Part shown: positions 63,640 to 64,000 of the stretch, one piece after another
Layout: the number at the start of each line of letters is the position of its first letter
How positions within the stretch are numbered: position 1 is the first letter of the stretch
From: Vicugna vicugna
Lineage: Eukaryota
NCBI GenBank assembly: GCA_013265495.1
Contig: MU058636.1
Location: 5,615,741-5,679,740, forward strand
Length of the DNA stretch: 64,000 nt
Direction: 5' to 3'
Translations under genes and position numbers: made by a program
The notes under the pieces: generated by a model
The model's database searches: none
The model's input: only the letters and a program-made list of their open reading frames with translations
What the model was told of the DNA's origin: nothing

Positions 63640-64000
63640 CAGGAGTTCTCAAATTTTATCCTGTATCAGAATCACAGAGGGCTTGTGATTCCATCACTTA
63701 CTGTCTGTGTGACCTTACGCTAGTTACCTAATTCTCTGTGTCTCAGGATCCCCCTCTAGAGAGGAACTGGGGGTAATAATAGTGCCTTCTTCACACGATT
63801 ATGATAATTTTGTGTTAATATATGTAATGTGCCTGGTACCACAAATAGGACTGAATTAATATCAGCTATCATTATGCTAATGATCTGTTATTACAGAGGA
63901 ACAGTATGTAACATTTATTGAGTACTTATTATGTGTTAGTAATTTTATTAGGCACATTAAGGATATAAATGCATTACATTTGTTCCTCATATATCTACCT
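63640..64000. mobile_element. MER5 fragment and MIR elements
   Basis: 'gttctcaaatttt...atcagaatcac', 'tgtgtgaccttacgctagttacctaattctctgtgtctcag', 'acatttattgagtacttattatgtg'. Confidence 0.7.

Noticed and set aside
53946..64000. Naming the CpG-island gene
   Set aside because: No coding sequence is visible, so any symbol would be a guess.
1..64000. CRISPR arrays, operons, rRNA or intact transposase/RT ORFs
   Set aside because: None seen; this is mammalian DNA with only decayed or truncated elements.

Overview
AT-rich mammalian genomic DNA, very probably camelid (alpaca/llama/camel). The assignment rests on a tRNA-Ala-derived Vic-1-type SINE with target-site duplications and on young L1 3' ends; no Alu, B1, Bov-tA or PRE elements were seen. 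Much of the window is interspersed repeat: L1, L2, MIR, MaLR/MLT1 LTRs, and hAT MER5/MER33/MER53/MER58/Charlie1. A CpG-island promoter at about 53.9-54.5 kb carries NRF1, GC-box, ETS and CTCF motifs and has splice donors on both strands. It lies next to a 592-N gap that may be spurious. Downstream on + are candidate non-coding 5'-UTR exons of a gene I cannot name. On the - strand, a chain of canonical GT-AG exons, several of them microexons, between 37.8 and 7.6 kb can be spliced into an unrecognised ORF of about 310 aa. This model was assembled by hand and could be partly overfitted. Other notable items are a young 112-bp inverted duplication (48.1-48.8 kb), two RFX X-box elements, and a near-complete MaLR provirus. 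None of the supplied six-frame ORFs is a recognisable protein. Repeat family names are from visual recognition and their boundaries are approximate.
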